Shown here: one piece after another, positions 53,156 through 64,000 of the stretch
Position numbering within the stretch: position 1 is the stretch's first letter
Layout of the letters: every line of letters starts with the position of its first letter
Source of the DNA: the human T2T-CHM13v2.0 reference genome, Homo sapiens
DNA: 64,000 bases
Direction: 5' to 3' (one strand)
NCBI RefSeq assembly: GCF_009914755.1
Contig: NC_060948.1
Notes under the pieces: generated by a model
What the model was told of the DNA's origin: nothing
The model's database searches: none
The model's input: only the letters and a program-made list of their open reading frames with translations
Translations under genes and position numbers: made by a program

Positions 53156-55670
53156 CAGTGTGTCTACAAGCTTGTAAAGATGTTGGCCTTGAAGCAGAAA
53201 ATTCATTTTTTAAAGCCAGTCTTGTTCACATCCATTACTATACATTGAATTATGCTGTGTAAAAATAGAATTATTGCTTCTAGTCCACTTTTCTTTACAT
53301 TTTATTCAATACGCTGTCCTGAATCCTATTCAGTTTCTTTAATAGATGAGGAAAAATAGCAACAAGCAAGTTGCTTATAATAAAATAATTTGTGATTCTA
53401 TACTGAATTTTCAGTCATAAAAGCTTTACTATTTATTTACATATTTATTCATGTTCATGGTACTCTTCTAAGACAAAATCAGATTGATAACTATGAAAGT
53501 AACATTTTTGACCCATTTCCTCCTACACAAGTGTTTCACATTGGAGACATCTGCTAATATAAATGGGAGGTTTTACTGTCAAGTCCAATTAGCAAAACGT
53601 GGTAATAATTTTTTTGTCAGTATTTTCAGATTACATGATAAAATTTTACATTTGAGCTTCTAGCATTGATTAATATAGGATATTGACCACGTTTATGTTT
53701 AAATTTCATTTTGTTCAGCAGACAAAATGTACTTCCCTTAACTTTCATTAATAGTGTTTACATCTTTTGTCAGCACAGCAAACTTTTAGAAAGTAATAGT
53801 TTTACTTATTTTTATCTTCTGTTTTCTCTTTGTACTGCTTTGTCTTGCATTGTGTTCCAACACATGAGACTTACTGCTCACTGAATTTTGGAGTCTTTTA
53901 GAGGTAAATTGTGGACTCAGGATTTTTTGAAACTTGGTGTGTAACTCTAAATCTTGTATATGCATCTTTGTTGCTTATTACATATTTACACACACAACCA
54001 CAAATTTTAAACTTATGATGAAAATTTACAATAACCTGAAAGATCCAGAGATGTATGAGAGCATTTTGTAACTTGTTATTCAGTTACTAAATTTGAGGTG
54101 AATAATTAAAAAGAAAAGGACATTAGGAGAGTGAAAATCTTCTCTTCAAATAATCTTTGATAGATAAAAATGGAAGGTAAGATGTTTCTAGATAGAATGT
54201 TTTCATACAATTTCAGCTTCATATCATAAATTTTTCTGGAAAGCTATTTCAGACATAGATTTCATAGTATTTTTCTGAGAATCCTGTGAAGGAACGCTGT
54301 CTCTTTGCAAAGTAAGGAGGACTAAGGGAAAATGATGGTACCATGTAACAGAATGAGAGCTAATTCCAAATTAGCAACTTCATCCTGCTTTCTATTTTAC
54401 ATTGAGTAAAGTTTTAAAAAGACAACAGTCAAGTTGATTTTGATTAGAAGATAAAAGTACATAATGAAAATCCATGGCCTTATTTGGAATATATATCACT
54501 TTCCAAATTTTATTATTTATTTGAGAGTTAATAAGTTAATGTTATTAAGCAGTTAATAATTTATATGTATGGATATAATATAAAATGAATTCATATAATT
54601 AAAAAGAATTTGGTTAATAAGAATTTGGAGAATGGAAAATACATTTTTAGGTTCCTTAATTTGGCTGTTGGTACCTGTGTATTTGGAATATTTTAGGGGA
54701 TTCGAATTTTTTTTAACCCACATTACAGCTACCTTCTAGCTTTAGTATGGTAGTGCTTCATTCAACTTTTGCTGTCAGGTTTTTATTTTCACCTTTTTCT
54801 GTGCCACCAATTCAAAAGTTATAGGATTAGGAAATATAAATTTATATTTGGTGATTGGCAGCCTCTGAAATGTTAGATTAATTTGATCTAGTTCTAAAGT
54901 GCTTTAGTCATATATGAATTTAAACCTAGTACCATCCAAAACCATGTAATGGATTTTAAGAATCTGTTAGGCCTTCTTAGCCTTTATACATGTCCCTACC
55001 TGATTTTTACTGTCCTTCATGATCCTGTTCTTGAAAACTTCAGTTTGTATTTGAGAATCCTTTAAATCTCCTTCCAATTTGTTTTCTCCCTGAAGTAATA
55101 TAAAAGGAAGTATTTAAGTGAAAGTTTAAGAGTTTTAAAACATTCTTTAAAATTAATACAGATAGTTAGCTATTTATCTTTTAAAAATAAACTAAGGTAA
55201 AAAACGTGACACTTTACATATTTCATATTTTTCATATAGTCTGGAGGTATACACAGTTGTTTTGTTTTTAACCACGGTATTGAAACCTTTAAAAGGTAAT
55301 TAAGCATTTGGTCAAGTAAATATAGAACATTTGTATAAAGAAAGAAATGAAATTGTGCTTAATGTTATATACTGTTATTATTTGCAGGCTGGTTTTAATT
55401 CTTAATTTGATTAGCAAAGCTAAAAAAGTGGATGTTGAAGTTGAAAGTTTTAAAGAGGTACAAAATCTTACAAGGACATAAATTATTATTTGGTTGAAAA
55501 ATAGCCTATTAGATATTGTATGTCCCTTCCTCTGTACAAATTGTAAAATACTTAAAATAACTATGAAGAATTCATATAGGAAGTGTGATACTATTGTAAA
55601 TGTGTATTTGAGAATATGCAAAAATAAAAATAATATTTTACTGTTAATAAATGTTTACTTGTATATGATA
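53156..55670 (+). other. ZFY: ZFY 3' UTR (AT-rich, free of obvious Alus; end approximate)
   Basis: Follows the stop codon and ends near clustered AATAAA signals. Confidence 0.7.
53379..53384 (+). terminator. Proximal poly(A) signal AATAAA
   Basis: Canonical hexamer about 225 nt after the stop, followed by U-rich sequence. Confidence 0.55.
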
Positions 55671-55723
55671 CCAATACTAAGTTAACTCTTTCTTTAAAAC
55701 ACGCAGTTTTAAGTCTTAATAAA
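55623..55723 (+). terminator. Distal poly(A) signal cluster (AATAAA at 55623, 55646, 55718)
   Basis: Three hexamers, upstream TGTA elements, and repeat-rich DNA resuming shortly after. Confidence 0.65.
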
Positions 55724-55969
55724 CATAAAACATAGTGGACTATTTTTATTTCCCCACTTAGTTCATTCTGTACATCAGTGGAATACAAAATGCTTTTTAT
55801 GTAAATATTGGTAACCTTATGAATTTACAAGTAGTATTTCAGAGTACTTGCGCTAGTTGATGAGGCCTTTGCTTAATGTGTTCTTGAAAGTCAATTTTTT
55901 GTTTTATCTTAATGAAAGATGGTTTGGTTAGCATCTGCACTTGCTGAAATAAATTTTCCTTGCATAAAG

Positions 55970-56300
<331 letters not shown>

Positions 56301-56974
56301 TAAGTGGTTTTTGAGGGCACTAAGTCCATAGCAGAAGAACCTGCACTAGTTACACATTTGTGTGTCACCTCTTTGTATTCAGTTTGGAGATCTTTAGTGC
56401 ACACATAATACTGTGGGATGGGTATTATGACAAAAATTAGAAGCTTGGTAGAAGTTAACCAGGAGTCAAACAGATTACAACAAAGAAGACTGAGACTCAT
56501 AAATTTTTGTAGAGGTAAAATTCACATGATAAAAGTCACTATCTTAAAATGTGTTAAGTGGCATTTAGCACATTCATATGTTACATTTCCATCACCTCTC
56601 TTTAGTTGCAAAACACCTTTTGTAAAGATTCTGCAGTTCTTCAACTCTAGGAATGTGTTTGTCTAATTGTTCAAACAGTAAATAATTAAAGCCATTAAAA
56701 TGTTAAAAAAATATGGTGAATGTCACTGGCCAGAGTTGTAAGCCAGATAAGATCATGAATAACTTAGTTGTCTTAGAAAATCTAAATAAACATACCCAAT
56801 CAGGCCTGTGATTTCATCTAAGATAATTTACTGACTGGTTTTCTGGCAATGTCAATGTCAATTTGATTTTTTTTTAAATTTTTATTATTTTTTAACTTCT
56901 CAGGAATTCTAGGGTTTTTGTAAAGAAAAGCGTTAAGCATTATGACCAATATCTTAAAGGTATGATATTTCGGA

Positions 56975-57100
56975 GCACTGGTTTTTGAGGCTGGGCCAGG
57001 TCAGCATCAGCATTACTTGAATCTTGTTAGATATATAAAATCTTGGGCTCATCCTAGACCTACTACATAAAAAAATTGTGCATAGGCACCAGCAGTCAGT
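56975..57100. mobile_element. MER5A-like fragment
   Basis: CAGCATCAGCATTACTTGAATCTTGTTAGATAT...TCTTGGGCTCATCCTAGACCTACT. Confidence 0.6.
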
Positions 57101-57109
57101 TGGTTTCAT

Positions 57110-61580
<4,471 letters not shown>

Positions 61581-61589
61581 TATATCTTC

Positions 61590-64000
<2,411 letters not shown>

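Overview
This is primate (human-like) Y-chromosome DNA containing the complete ZFY gene on the + strand. A CpG-island promoter and 5' non-coding exon(s) lie at about 8.1-9.5 kb. Seven coding exons (27100-27160, 34236-34808, 48257-48406, 48673-48816, 49832-49984, 51102-51242, 51972-53155) splice with GT-AG boundaries into 2406 nt, encoding 801 aa: an acidic activation domain, a basic NLS and 13 C2H2 zinc fingers. An AT-rich 3' UTR of about 2.5 kb carries proximal and distal poly(A) signals. Upstream, on the - strand, is an Alu-interrupted processed NAP1L1 pseudogene. The rest is dense Alu, L1, MaLR-LTR, DNA-transposon and MIR/L2 sequence; repeat boundaries and subfamily names are by-eye estimates. 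Most short ORFs in the track are Alu or L1 artefacts. Main observations: (1) back-splicing of the skippable 573-nt exon would create a TGA exactly at the junction, so ZFY circles would encode acidic-domain-only proteins; (2) an L1 target-site duplication copied a ZFY splice donor; (3) ZFX/ZFY-type AGGCCTAG motifs and an inverted YY1 pair lie in the gene's own CpG island; (4) uORFs surround the start codon. I saw no wholly new gene system.
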